Positions 12,889-24,627 of a stretch of DNA of 64,000 bases are shown here, in pieces (the stretch's first letter is position 1; each line of letters starts with the position of its first letter). The stretch is from Octopus vulgaris. Taxonomy: Eukaryota. Made by a program: the position numbers and the translations under genes. Location: assembly GCA_951406725.2 (NCBI GenBank), contig OX597830.1, forward strand, positions 3,658,001 to 3,722,000, in the 5' to 3' direction. Under the pieces are notes generated by a model, which made no database searches, was not told where the DNA came from, and saw nothing but the letters and a program-made list of their open reading frames with translations.

Positions 12889-13047
12889 CGGGCGTGACTG
12901 TGTGGCAAAAAGCTTGCTTCCCAACTACGTGGTTCTGGGTTCTGTCCCACTGCGTGGTACCTTGGACAAGTGTCTTCTACTATAGTCTCAGGCTGACCAG
13001 AGCCTTGTGAGTGGATTTGGTTGATGGAAACTGAAAGAAGCCCATTT

Positions 13048-13083
<36 letters not shown>

Positions 13084-13089
13084 CGTGTA

Positions 13090-13154
<65 letters not shown>

Positions 13155-13705
13155 CGGTGGCACATAAAAAGCACCATCCGTACGTGGTCGATGCCAGTGC
13201 CACCTTGACTGGCTTCCGTGCTGGTGGCACGTAAAAAGCACCAACTGATCGTGGTCATTGCCAGCCTCTCCTGGCACCTGTACTGGTGACACGTAAAAAG
13301 CACCCACTACACCCATGGAGTGGTTGGTGTCAGGAAGGGCATCAAGCTGTAGAAACACTGCCAGATCAGACTGGAGCCTGGTGCAGCCTCCTGGCTTCCT
13401 AGGCCCCGGTTGAACCGTCCAACCCATGCTAGAATGGAAAACGAACATTAAACGATGATGATGATGATATATATATACATATCTGTGTGTGTGTGTTTGC
13501 GTCTGTATTTGTTTCCACCGCATGAACTGGTGATCATGTGTTCATGTCCCTGTAACTTGGCATATCAGCAAAAGAGATTAATCAAATAAGTACCAAGATT
13601 TTAAAAAAAGTCCTGGGGTCGATTTGTTAGATTAAAAAACCCTTCAAGGTGGTGCCCCAGTATGACCACAGACAAATGGCTGAAACAAGTAAAAGATAAA
13701 AAATA
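12888..13705 (+). mobile_element. SINE family A copy with an RTE 3'-end (13150-13468, +) nested in its microsatellite
   Basis: SINE head 12888-13048 and tail 13490-13705; the RTE UTR repeats and (ATG)n tail lie between them. Confidence 0.8.
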
Positions 13706-14054
13706 AAAAATGTGTGTGTGTGTGTAAACTAAAAAGAAGGCACTGATGTTAGCATGACGTATATATTTTAACTGAAAACTCTGTTAAAATTAATGTAAAT
13801 AATTAAGAGATGGTTTTCTTAGCAAACTATATTCTTTCTTATCTTTGAAAAGAAAAAAAAAATGCTCTTTTAAGGTAGTTCTATAACCATTTTACAACAA
13901 CCACAGACTGATATTGAATAATTTAATGTGAAACTCATTAAAGATTAATGATTATATGACAAAGAATGAAACAAAAGTCATTTTCATATATGCTTTGTTT
14001 GTTACTATTGTAAACATAAGTAGTAAGACTATGAGGAGTCCTCTAAGTGGACAT

Positions 14055-14800
14055 TTGGTTTGTTAGAAATAGCAGCAGAATTTCCTTAAATTAGGTGCCA
14101 ATGTTTGAGGAAAAGCCTCACAGAGTAACTGTAGTGCCTCATTCATTACTTAGTAGAAAATGACAGGATGGTCAGTTTTGGAAAATCTTTGATTGTAATT
14201 CTAGGACTGACTTGTGACTAAACAATAAAATTTACAGCAATGAGTCAATGACAAAGCCTCAGCTTGCTAAAAATAGCAACTAAATTACTTTAAACATATT
14301 CTATAATCTTAAAAAATGTACATAATGTTTACAATAAGGATGAGATGGTTATGGCTGAATTGTCTTAGATTATAGGTTTGCTCAACTGCACATAATCCAG
14401 CAATAGCAGTAACATATAAACGAATGGGTAACTTTGATCTGCAAGAAATAGCAGCTAAAATCTCTAAATTTGCCCGTGTCCTAAATGAGACATACTGGAC
14501 AAGAGAGACTCTAATATATAACTGGACAGGATAGTCTTAAGCTGAACACCTTCCCTGGTAAGTCTCCTGGATCAAGACATACTCAGGAGCTAAAACAACC
14601 TGATAATTTTGAGCTGGCTAGAAATCCCCAACTGGATGGTTGACCTGTTAGAATTAGAAGTCAACTTCCCTCTCATATCACAGGATTTAAAAAAAAAACG
14701 GGAAGAACACATTTGATAATGTAGTCCAAGGTATACTGTGTGAAAAATCAATGTATGGCATGGTCACTGTTCAAATACTTTGATCACAGGACTGCTGACA
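14055..14800 (+). repeat. Four highly diverged tandem copies of a ~190-bp old repeat
   Basis: Recurrent TGYTAGAAATAGCAGC-like motif at about 14061, 14265, 14439 and 14646, each followed by a GGATGGTCA..CTTTGATYAYAGG-like motif. Reverse-strand relatives at about 29575-29750 and 59660-59830. Confidence 0.6.
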
Positions 14801-15917
14801 TCTCTTCTCTCACCTTTACCACACAGAAAGCTTTATAAACCATTAAAAAAAATCAGAGTTGAGTATTTCTTAATTAGTTTCGCTCAATTTAACATTCTCC
14901 TACATCATTTACCATTTCATAGTCAGTAGTTTGCTTTTATTTTGTCTCTCTATAATTATATTTCTACTCTGATTTTTACTTTATAGTCGAAGTAAAGTAT
15001 TTTTAGAACTATTCAGCGTTTTGGCAAGATCCATTATAATAACAAATTGTAAAATATATATAATCTATTTACAAATACCAAATGACACCAGCTGTAATAT
15101 TTTGTCTCAGAGAAACTTCTCAAAAGATAAAATACATTTGTATATGCTTCAATGTTATATCCATCATTATCTTAATCATTCTTGTTTCAAATTCATATAT
15201 TAATTCACATCCATGCTAGGTTTATCAATATTAATGAAAAATATATCATTTGATTCTCTGCCTGAAGAATTTCTAGTCAGTGATATCTTACATGTTATCT
15301 ATTACATTTAGAATTTTCAAAATTCCTATTAGCAAATGAAACACATGTAATGGTGATTAAATTATACATGCTTCATGCATATATAATATCTGCATATGGA
15401 TTTGAAATACTGAAATGAGCAGATGTGCTTCAGGAGGTCACAATTTGAATTTTAGCTCTACACATCATCATCCATCATTTTGAATCTGGGTTTTGTCCCC
15501 ATTAATGGGGGTGGCCAGATCTACCTCAATGCCATAGCAACCACCTTCATACCATCTCGCCATCTACATAGATATTATCAATATGAATTTGTTAATTACA
15601 TAAATGTATATTAATTAGTTTTATCTTTCTCAGATTGTGAAATTATCCTTTGACTTTTTTCATTGTTTCTTTGAGATTGATGTGATGCTGAAGCACTGCC
15701 TGCAAGCGGCTCATTCTACTGACCTTTATATATCAAGATGAGGCTTTACCATACTACCACCTCTTTTAGGGAATTACTCCTTTTTTATTTACAAATTTGA
15801 ATACAATAAATTACACTAGTATACACAAGCCTGCATGTCACCCTACTTTATTTCTGTCTGCCTGTCTGTCTCTATTCCTCTCTCCAAATGCACACTCATA
15901 TATATATATATATATAT

Positions 15918-16248
15918 GGAAAAAAAGTCAAGGTAGAAAATGCTAAAATATTCTATAAAAACATCTCAGTCATTGAAACTTTTTCAACTGTAAGTATGGA
16001 AAACAATTAAATTTCGGAAAAGTTAAATGAAAAGTTTCTTAAAAGAATATTTGCATAGCATTCAAATACAAGGGGGATTTTTCTTGTTTCTGCCTGTCTC
16101 TGTTTCTCTTGTTTACTCTTGTGGGTTCGAGGTCGTTATTAATTCTTGGCAGAGAAGAAGAAGAAAAGAATTCCCCTTGTATACTATACAAATATTCTTT
16201 TAAAAAACTTTTCTTTTAATTTTTCCAAAATTTAATTGTTTTCCATAC
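15918..16248. mobile_element. Fold-back element with ~90-bp inverted arms
   Basis: 15994-16086 (GTATGGAAAACAATTAAATTTCGGAAAA...TACAAGGGGGATT) vs 16163-16248 (AATTCCCCTTGTA...TTTTCCAAAATTTAATTGTTTTCCATAC). Confidence 0.75.
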
Positions 16249-16434
16249 ACACACACACGCACGCACACGCACACACACACACGCACACAAGATTGGCTTC
16301 ATTAGTTTCTTTCCACCAAATCCACTTGCAAAGCTTTGGTCAGTTCAGAGCTGCAGAAGACATTTGCCTAAAGCAAGGGAGACAATGCTTGGAAAATGAG
16401 AGGGTCAGTCAATAAGTTTATACTCACACACACA

Positions 16435-16477
<43 letters not shown>

Positions 16478-17362
16478 ACATACACACATACACACACACA
16501 TACGCAGCAAACAAGAATGGAGATAAGATTTTACCTTTATTCAATATCTTTATTGAATAAACATAAACTTTCATCTCCAGTTCTGTTTTGTTTTTTTTTC
16601 TCTGTATTTCTCTGCTCAAAATATCAATGGATAACTGCAACAAGATATTTTGAATAACAATACAGTTTCTCTTCTTGAGTGGATTGAAACTATAAATGTA
16701 CACATGAAGTTCTAAATATTGCTTTTATATTGTGCTCTATATATGTTATGTAATGATGAATTTGCACACAAACCTTTAAATGCAATGATTTTCAGTGAGA
16801 GAGCAAAAGAACCTGAAGGGCATCTCCCAGATCCTATCTTTAAAGGCACACACTTGGCTGCGTGTATCTACAAGGTCACACGTGTCAAAAAGTAATGATG
16901 CACACACAGAAACACCAAAGTACTAAAGAGACATGTACACACACAGAGCATAAGTGCAGGCACATATGCCTGCATATATCCACACACTCACACAAGCACA
17001 CAGTTGCAAACCCCAGGAACTGTCTTAAAGGCAATATGTCTCCTCACGTTGTTAGTGAATGGCTTGAACACCATTAAGACGAACTTAAGCAAATCATAAA
17101 CAAACACACACACACATACACACACACATTTCAAATATGTTCAAGGCCTATTCGAGCCTGTAAGAAAGTTATTGACTGTATTTTATCATGAAGAAACTGA
17201 TAAAATACTGTGAATGCAGAGAATGGTTTTTCTTACAGGTTTGAATATGCCTCAAGCATATTTGAAACGATAACAAGCTTCGCTTTGTCATTCTATATTG
17301 CGTGAGTGTGTGTGTGTATTTATATATATATATACATACATACATATATACAAAAATGTATA

Positions 17363-17630
17363 TACAAGGGGAAGTCAAAAGTTATCTGCACCTTCACCAT
17401 AACATATCTATATTATTGTCACTCTGCCTTCTGCGCATGCATGCTGATAGTTGGTACTGTTGTGATCATGTGATCAAAGCTTAAGCCTGATCACGCAATT
17501 TTCCTTCCTGGCTTTACAGTGTAAAGCATGGCTGCTCCACTAGCAATGTGCACCAAAGAAGAACAAAGGGCAGTGATCTGATTTCTCTGGTCGAAAGGTT
17601 TGTCAGGTGCTGAAATCCATTGGCAACTTC
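17363..17630 (+). mobile_element. Mariner 5' fragment
   Basis: TA-CAAGGGGAAGTCAAAAGTTATC TIR-like start; MAAPLAMCTKEEQRAVI*FLWSKGLSGAEIHWQL. Confidence 0.75.
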
Positions 17631-17856
17631 TTTTCTCCATACTTTTCATGCCTTTCTGTCTGGCATTCGCCATTATAGATCACTAGCCACTACACATTAT
17701 TTTCTCTCCTTGTTTCTTTCTGAATTCCTTTCTGTGGAAGAGCATAGGCTCGAAACGTTAAATACTTTTTCGCTTCTCGAGCGTTATACTAATACATCTG
17801 TTTGTTGTCTACACCACCTGTCTTTGTCTTTTGTTTTTTGTGAATTCTCCCTGTGC

Positions 17857-17860
<4 letters not shown>
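17631..17860 (+). mobile_element. Short repeat with hammerhead-like core variant (17729-17762)
   Basis: TTT-CTGTGGA-A-GAGC-ATAG-GCTC-GAAA-CGTT-AAA; abuts the end of the mariner fragment. Confidence 0.6.
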
Positions 17861-17897
<37 letters not shown>

Positions 17898-18414
17898 CGT
17901 GTCCAAATGTATAAATGCATTAAATGATTATAAAGTCAGTATTTATCAAAATACATTTCATTTTTAAGATTTGAATGTACACAGAATTTAATTTCCATGA
18001 ATGCTTGTTTTCAACTTGATGACTATTCAGATCCAGGTTCTGCTGATAACACAAAACAATGGAATCTCAATCTTCAGACACGTTTTTGTCCACTTAATTA
18101 TTTGTTTACATATATTCTGGTTCTACCTTTTATGGTTGTCCATCTTAATTTCACTTTAACTTCCTTCTTTCTCTGTTTCTTCTTTCTTCTTTCTCTTTCC
18201 CTGCCTCTTTTCTCTCTCTCTTTATTATCCTTTTTTCCCCTCCTTTCTCTCTTTAATTCACTCTCTCTCTCTTTCTCCTGATTCTTTCTCCCTCTTCACC
18301 TTCTCTACCAATTGCTTTCTTTATGATTTTCTCTCAAAATACTTATAAAATGCCTTCACCCCACCCCTACCAACTCTTGATATTAGTTCTCTGTAACATG
18401 GTATGCTAAAGTGT

Positions 18415-18820
18415 TTATTCTTTTACTTATTTCAGTCATTTGAGTGTGGCCATGCTGCAGCACCACCTTTAGGCAAACAAATCGATCCCAGAACTTGTTC
18501 TTTGTAAGCCTAGTACTTATTTTATCGGTGTCATTTGCTGAACCTCTAAGTTACAGGGATGTTAGCACACCAGCATCAGTTGTCAAGTTGAGAGGGGACA
18601 AACACACGCACAAACATACATACTTATACACACACACACACACACATATATACATATATACACATACACATATGACGGGCCTCTTTCAGTTTCCGTCTAC
18701 CAAATCCACCCACGAGGCTTTGGTTGGCTCAAGGCTATAGTATAAGACACTTGCCCAAGGTGCTATGCAGTGTGACTGAACCTGGTTGGTGAGCAAGCTA
18801 CTTACCACACAGCCACTCCT
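18415..18820 (-). mobile_element. SINE family A
   Basis: Reverse complement of 10126-10552. Confidence 0.85.
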
Positions 18821-20864
18821 ATGAGCCACTCCTACTGATGATCCATTGTGGTTAAGCATTTAATTGCATTTCAGACATCCAATGCAGAATTTCAAACAAC
18901 CAAAATGGTGAAATGTATGTTAAAAACTAATATAAACTCGTGTCTATTGTAACTTCCCCAGCATTTGCTCTGTTTATCATAATTAGTAATACTGCTAAAT
19001 ATAGCAGTTGCTTAACCACTCCACAGGAAGCAAACAGGAGGGTAATTATTGATGTAGAGCTCAAATCTTAACAGAAACTGTCTTTGTACACACAAGTTAC
19101 AATATATATGTTCTCTTGTCCAGTCTCTGTTCTATGGTATTCCACTCAGAAAGTATCAGTCCAAGGCCAGAGTAGAAGATGCCTATTTGTCTAAGGTATC
19201 ACACAGTGAAATTAAACCCCAGAACTATGTAGTTATGCATCAACCCTTTTAATTATAATCCTTTATAATTAATTATGCAGCCACACCTGTGACTTATTAG
19301 GTTAAATGTTTTTTTTCATCTGGAGCAGTTTGAGTTTTCATATCATTTCTTGTATACAAGAATTATAGTTTAGATTATCAAACTGTAAAAGACTCAAATT
19401 AATTGGATTTGCACATCCAAATTTAGGAAACAATGATTTTACCAATGCACTTTTATTAAACATCTCTCAAAATATTTAGTATATTAATCTTTGAATAAAA
19501 GGATTAGCAATTAATTTGAATCCTACATAAGACTGATAATTGATGCTCAGGGAATTAAAAGTGAATTTTATCTAGAAGACTTTGAACAGAGAAAAACACA
19601 AGAAACTGCTGAAATGTTGAAACATATTTAATACTTTACCATTTCAATGAAATGCCTAATTTCCAAAGCACAAAGCCCTTACACCATTTGTAAGCCAATT
19701 AATTATTCATTTCTTCTCCAGAATTAAAATAAAATGAATTAATAACACATTAAAGTTATAACAGGATCAAAGTTTAAATTCTAAAATCAAAATTTTTGTT
19801 TCTTAACATAATTCACTTTCATAAGTAATTACTGTTTTATTTTAATTACTTATTTATTTTGTAAATGTCATTTATAATTTAATATGCGACAATTCAAGGT
19901 TTTATCTATTTGCTATTAATTTATTGGTAATATTACCAATTTAAATCATTTGTTTCTTGTTAGAATTATGATAGATGTGCTGAAAAGTCTTCCATTTATA
20001 GCCTGGGTTAAGTAAAAGTAATTCAAAGTATGAGAAAATCTTATCTATTTTAATAGCTTTTGGCAATATACTTCAATAGGTATGTGAGTATATGTGTGTG
20101 TGTGTGTGTGTGTGTATGTGTGTGTGTGTATGTATGTGTGTGTCTATGTGTGTAATTTATGGTAGAAGTAATATCAGGTTACAAAAAATTAAGATGAAAA
20201 ATGTAGCCAATCGCTTCCTGGCAAAATCCTTTAATGTTGTAGAAACACTTTTCATTCTTTTAAAGCAGAAAACTGAAATAAGTTTAAAGAAATAAAATGG
20301 CCTTCAGTTATTTTGTCTATATTATGATTCATGTGAATTCCTTTTACATGAATTATGATGTGAATGCCTCAAATTATATATAAGTATCTAGATAACTGCA
20401 TAAAGCAATTAATTCATTTAGTGAATAAAAAGGGAATAATAGAGAAGTGTTGGAGAGAGGAAAAAACATTTTGTCTAGAATAAATATGTTATATAGCATT
20501 ATTGTTATTAATGCTAATGTGATATTTATAAAAGCATGAAATTAATTTTATATTAAAGTACATTTTAGGTTGGATTTTCGGAGCATGTAAATTTTTTTCA
20601 TTAATGGCAGAATTAAAGTTTCAATATTGAAATCAAGCATTCTGAATACTATAAATCTTTACTAAGATCAATGACTTCCATATCTGCATATTTTATCAGC
20701 AATGATTAAGCTAAGATGTAATTCAAATTTAATATGGTTTCATGCAAGAAACTGGAAATATTAGAGAGCAATACATAAGTTACAATTCAGAAAGGACATG
20801 TTTGGTTTATAACTGTGAAATATTTCAAAGAAGCTAAATTTTAACTGGCTTCATGTCACTGTTT

Positions 20865-21017
20865 CTGGCATTAGGAAGGGCATCCAGCTGTAGAAACATT
20901 GCCAGATCAGATTGGCGCCTGGTGCAGCCTCCTGGCTTCCCAGACCCTGGTTGAACCGTCCAACCCATGCCAGCATGCAAAATGGACGTTAAACGATGAT
21001 GATGATGATGATGATGA
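20865..21017 (+). mobile_element. RTE 3'-end fragment
   Basis: GGCATTAGGAAGGGCATCCAGCTGTAGAAAC...GGACGTTAAAC(GAT)n. Confidence 0.8.
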
Positions 21018-21149
21018 CTACTCCTGGTGTGCCTATCTACCCTTTCCTCTTAATCGTTCCTTTACAACTTACTTTTACATTTCTATCCTTTTGTGTTTTA
21101 GTGTGTGTAGTATTTATGTGATTTTAGCTATCCCAATTGTCTTTCTTTA

Positions 21150-22733
21150 CCTGACTTATGTCGAAAAGTTTATAGGCTGACTATGAAGAAATGGGTGTGA
21201 GAGCTGTGGAATCCTGCATACGTTAATTTCAACTCTCCTTTTTAATAACTGCATTCTTTCTCTCCAGATCAACTGACATCTCATGACTTGTAGATACATG
21301 GTATTTTGTTGTGCAAGCATAATTTACTATAAAGTATATTAAATGTTTTCATAAATCAACACCACATTCTACTGTGTTAGCAGTGCTGCTACATCTCTTG
21401 TTAAGGTTGTCTCTACAGGTATTCTACAGAAATTATAGCCAACACTGAATTTTGTTAGGTAGGTACTGATGAAGGGGGAAAACCCTGTGAAATATGGCAT
21501 ATATGCCCATTACCCAATTTTCATCTTTGACCTCATTGCTTGTTTACATCTGACATCTTGCGTTTGGGACATCGTAACAAAAATAAGTGCTGGTTATAAT
21601 TTCTATAGAATATCTGTAGAGATAACCTTAACAAGAAAACTGTTCAAAGAATCTCTCAAAAGTAGGAGTGACTTCTCTCGAAAATGGACAAAATTTGTCA
21701 TCAGGGTGTTATCAAGTACCTGCAGAAAAAAGGGTTCTGCCGCCAAGGACAGTCATGCTGACATGATTACTACATTAAGTAATGATGCTTCAGCTTTATC
21801 AACAGAGCAAAAGTGGGCAGCTTTAGAAGAATAAAGGAGAGTCTTGAAGATGATCCAATGTCTGGACGTCCTGCAACTGCCACCACCAAGGAAAACATTG
21901 ATCATGTTCCCCACATGGTGATGGATGACTGGTGATTGACTATAAATCAAATAGCCAATGCTATTAGCATATCCTGTGAGAGAGTTGAGAATATTCTGCC
22001 CAATGAACTTGGCACGATGAAGGTTTCTCCTTGGTGAGTGTCATGTTTTCTGGCACTTGATGCAAAGCACACCATGCTAATCACATCACAGGAAACTCTG
22101 ACGTTGTTTCAGACAGACCCAGCTGGTTTCTTTGAATGTTTTCTAACCCTGAATGAGTGTTGGGTTCATCACTTTGAGCCAGAGACAAAGAGACAATCCA
22201 TGCTGTGGAAACACTCATCCACACCTGCTCCATAGAAGGCCAAGGTTGCTTCGTCTGCAGGGAAGGTGATGGCCTCAGTTTTTTTCAAAAAGCCTTGTGT
22301 TTATTGACTATGGTGAGGACTGTATCAAGATGAAACGCTCAGGAAAACTAAGAAAAGGGGTTTTGTTTCATCTGGACAATGCTCCTGCTCATGGGTCCTT
22401 GGTTTCAATGGCTGCTGTGCATGATTGTGGCTTTGAACTGGTTGATGAAACTCTCATTCTCCTGATTTAGCCCCATCTTGCTATCGTTTGTTCCCCAACA
22501 TGAAAAACCATTTGGCCGGGAACCCATATTGCAGTGATAATTATGTCATACCTGTTGTTTATGACATTTTTGACCAACCGGACGAAAGTCACCAATGAGA
22601 TCCAAGCACTGCAACACCAATCAAAAAGAAGCAGTTGGGCTGCAAAAAAGTTTAGGTTTAAAAATAAACCATATTTGGTCTCATTCCGTGAGAGTCTCTT
22701 GGTTGGCCTATGAACTTTACATCTGACTCTCAT
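21150..22733 (+). mobile_element. Decayed full-length mariner transposon
   Basis: Fragments VIKYLQKK, SGRP, ECWVHHFEPETKRQSM.WKH, SAGKVMASVF, FHLDNAPAH, SPDLAP; degenerate TIRs AAAGTTTATAGGCTGAC / GTTGGCCTATGAACTTT. Confidence 0.85.
21396..21636. mobile_element. Fold-back element with a hammerhead-like spacer, nested in the mariner 5' region
   Basis: Arms 21396-21457 and 21575-21636 are inverted. The spacer has GGTA-CTGATGA-AGGGG..CCCT..GAAA-..GGCATATATGCC..-TACC. Confidence 0.7.
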
Positions 22734-22863
22734 ATTGTTTCATTCTGTGCCCTCTTATACTCTTTTCTAACAAGTTGTAAGCTGCACTGTATACAATAAG
22801 CTAGTGTTATTGTTGTTGTTATTATGAAGCTTTTCTATATGATGGTTTATGGTGGGTCATTAC

Positions 22864-22968
22864 CTCTGTTGGGATTGTAACAGCGCTGTCATGACAAACT
22901 GTGTATCATGAGTTTTTAAAGCCAGGTGGAGCCAGTCCGTCTCCACGTCCGGACACAGCCAATTTCTT
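22864..22968 (-). other. Candidate spliced exon (105 nt) of an unidentified host transcript
   Basis: Minus strand: (CT)n/polypyrimidine tract ...cttcctgtctag|AAGAAATTGG...CAACAGAG|gtaatg. GC/CpG-rich relative to flanks, length divisible by 3, one frame open throughout. Confidence 0.55.
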
Positions 22969-22995
22969 CTAGACAGGAAGAAAGTAAGACATGAT

Positions 22996-23046
<51 letters not shown>

Positions 23047-24411
23047 GGAGGGAGAAGAAACAAACTTAGGGTTGGACTGGTACTTTAACTGTCTACACTA
23101 AAAAAACATAAAGGCAAGGCTGACTTTGAACGGGAAGTACAGTGAGCAAAAACAAATACTAAAAGGTATTTTATATGACTTACTAACAGCTCTGGCCACT
23201 TGTACACCATAATATGAAATAATAAACAAATACAGCTATTATACCTCAGTGGGAGAAATTGTTTCATTATCTACACCTTCTATGCTAATTACTGAGCCAA
23301 TAAATGGAGCCCCTCCATTGTCATCAGACACAATCATGGCTTGGAGTTTCAGAAGTTTGCTATGAAACAGCATGGATTCAGGTTCAATTCAATTGTGCAG
23401 CACCTTGGGAAATTGTCTTCTATTGTGGTCCCATGACTAACCAATTGCTTGTAAGTGAATTTGGTTGATGGAAACTGCTTAGAAGGCATCATATATCTAT
23501 CTGTCTGTCTGTCTGTCTACCTAGCTATATATATATATCTAGCTATCTAGCCATCTGTCTGTCTGTCTATCTACACACACGTGCACACACACACATGCAC
23601 ACATATTTATATGTGTGTGTACACACATGTTATCTATGAGTGTATACATTTTTGTGTTTGTCTTTTACTACTTGGAATCACCAAAAGCATACCGTTAGTT
23701 CCAAGGACCAGCCAGTGGGTTACATTTACCACCTAAAGACTTAGAACACAAAGAACCAATGTAAATACATGACAGCATCCTACCCAGCACACTATAAGTC
23801 CTGCCAGTACTCTAACATGGGTTGGTACTCTATTTTATCAATCTCTGAAAGGATGAAAGACAATGTTGGCATTGGTTGGAACCCTAACAAACACAACCCC
23901 ACATTTTCTCCTACAATCTAATAATCTGCCAATTTGTTGTCTGTTATTAGAGAAAGTCTCAAGAAGAGAATTAGTTTGTAAAGAATAGAACTGGAGAAGG
24001 GTGGAAGAAAAAAAAACGGATATATTTGGCAGCTGTTACTACTTTTCAAAATGACCTCACAGAGCTCTTAAGGAAATCATAAAAAACACTTCACTTAAAT
24101 TAACAAATAATTGACAGATTGCATTTCGTGAAATGGTGTATAATGTTATATTTCTCAAAAGACTGATTTAAATATTTTCTTGGTAGGATTTCTCAACCCA
24201 CAAGAGTAAAATATTACCACATTTCCATTCTAGAAAAATTCCTCAAGTAATTGAGTTCATTTTAAATTTAGTCTTTTTTCAAAATTTGATATTTTTTTTG
24301 CAGCGTATTCACAGAAATAATGCTTGAATCATTTACAGTTAAACAGGATGCATTTTCATTATTTACATTATTTACATTTGACAGATCATTGTCCTCATCT
24401 TGTTTGTTGTT

Positions 24412-24457
24412 AACACAATGTTTCGGCTGATATACCCTCCAGCCTTCATCAGGTGTC
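24412..24457 (-). ncRNA. Minimal type I hammerhead ribozyme
   Basis: GACAC-CTGATGA-A-GGCTG-(10-nt loop)-CAGCC-GAAA-CATT-GTGTT. Confidence 0.7.
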
Positions 24458-24542
24458 TTGGGAAATTTCAAACCTGGGTTCTCATTCCTAAGGTATTTTC
24501 CAATGTTGTTGTTGTTGTTGTTATTATTATTATTATTATTCA

Positions 24543-24614
24543 GGTCACTGCCTGGAATCGAACTTGAATCTTGGGGTTAGTAGCCTGCAATCTTAACCAT
24601 TACCCCATATGCCC
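24543..24614 (-). other. tRNA-derived Pol III head (pseudo-tRNA)
   Basis: GGGCATATGGGGTAATGGTTAAG (A box-like) ... CTACTAA anticodon-like loop ... GTTCGATTCC (B box); acceptor stem is imperfect. Confidence 0.7.
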
Positions 24615-24627
24615 ATGGGCATAACAA

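Noticed and set aside
24543-24614. Functional tRNA gene
   Set aside because: Acceptor and T stems pair poorly, and it is fused to a repeat body; treated as a SINE head.
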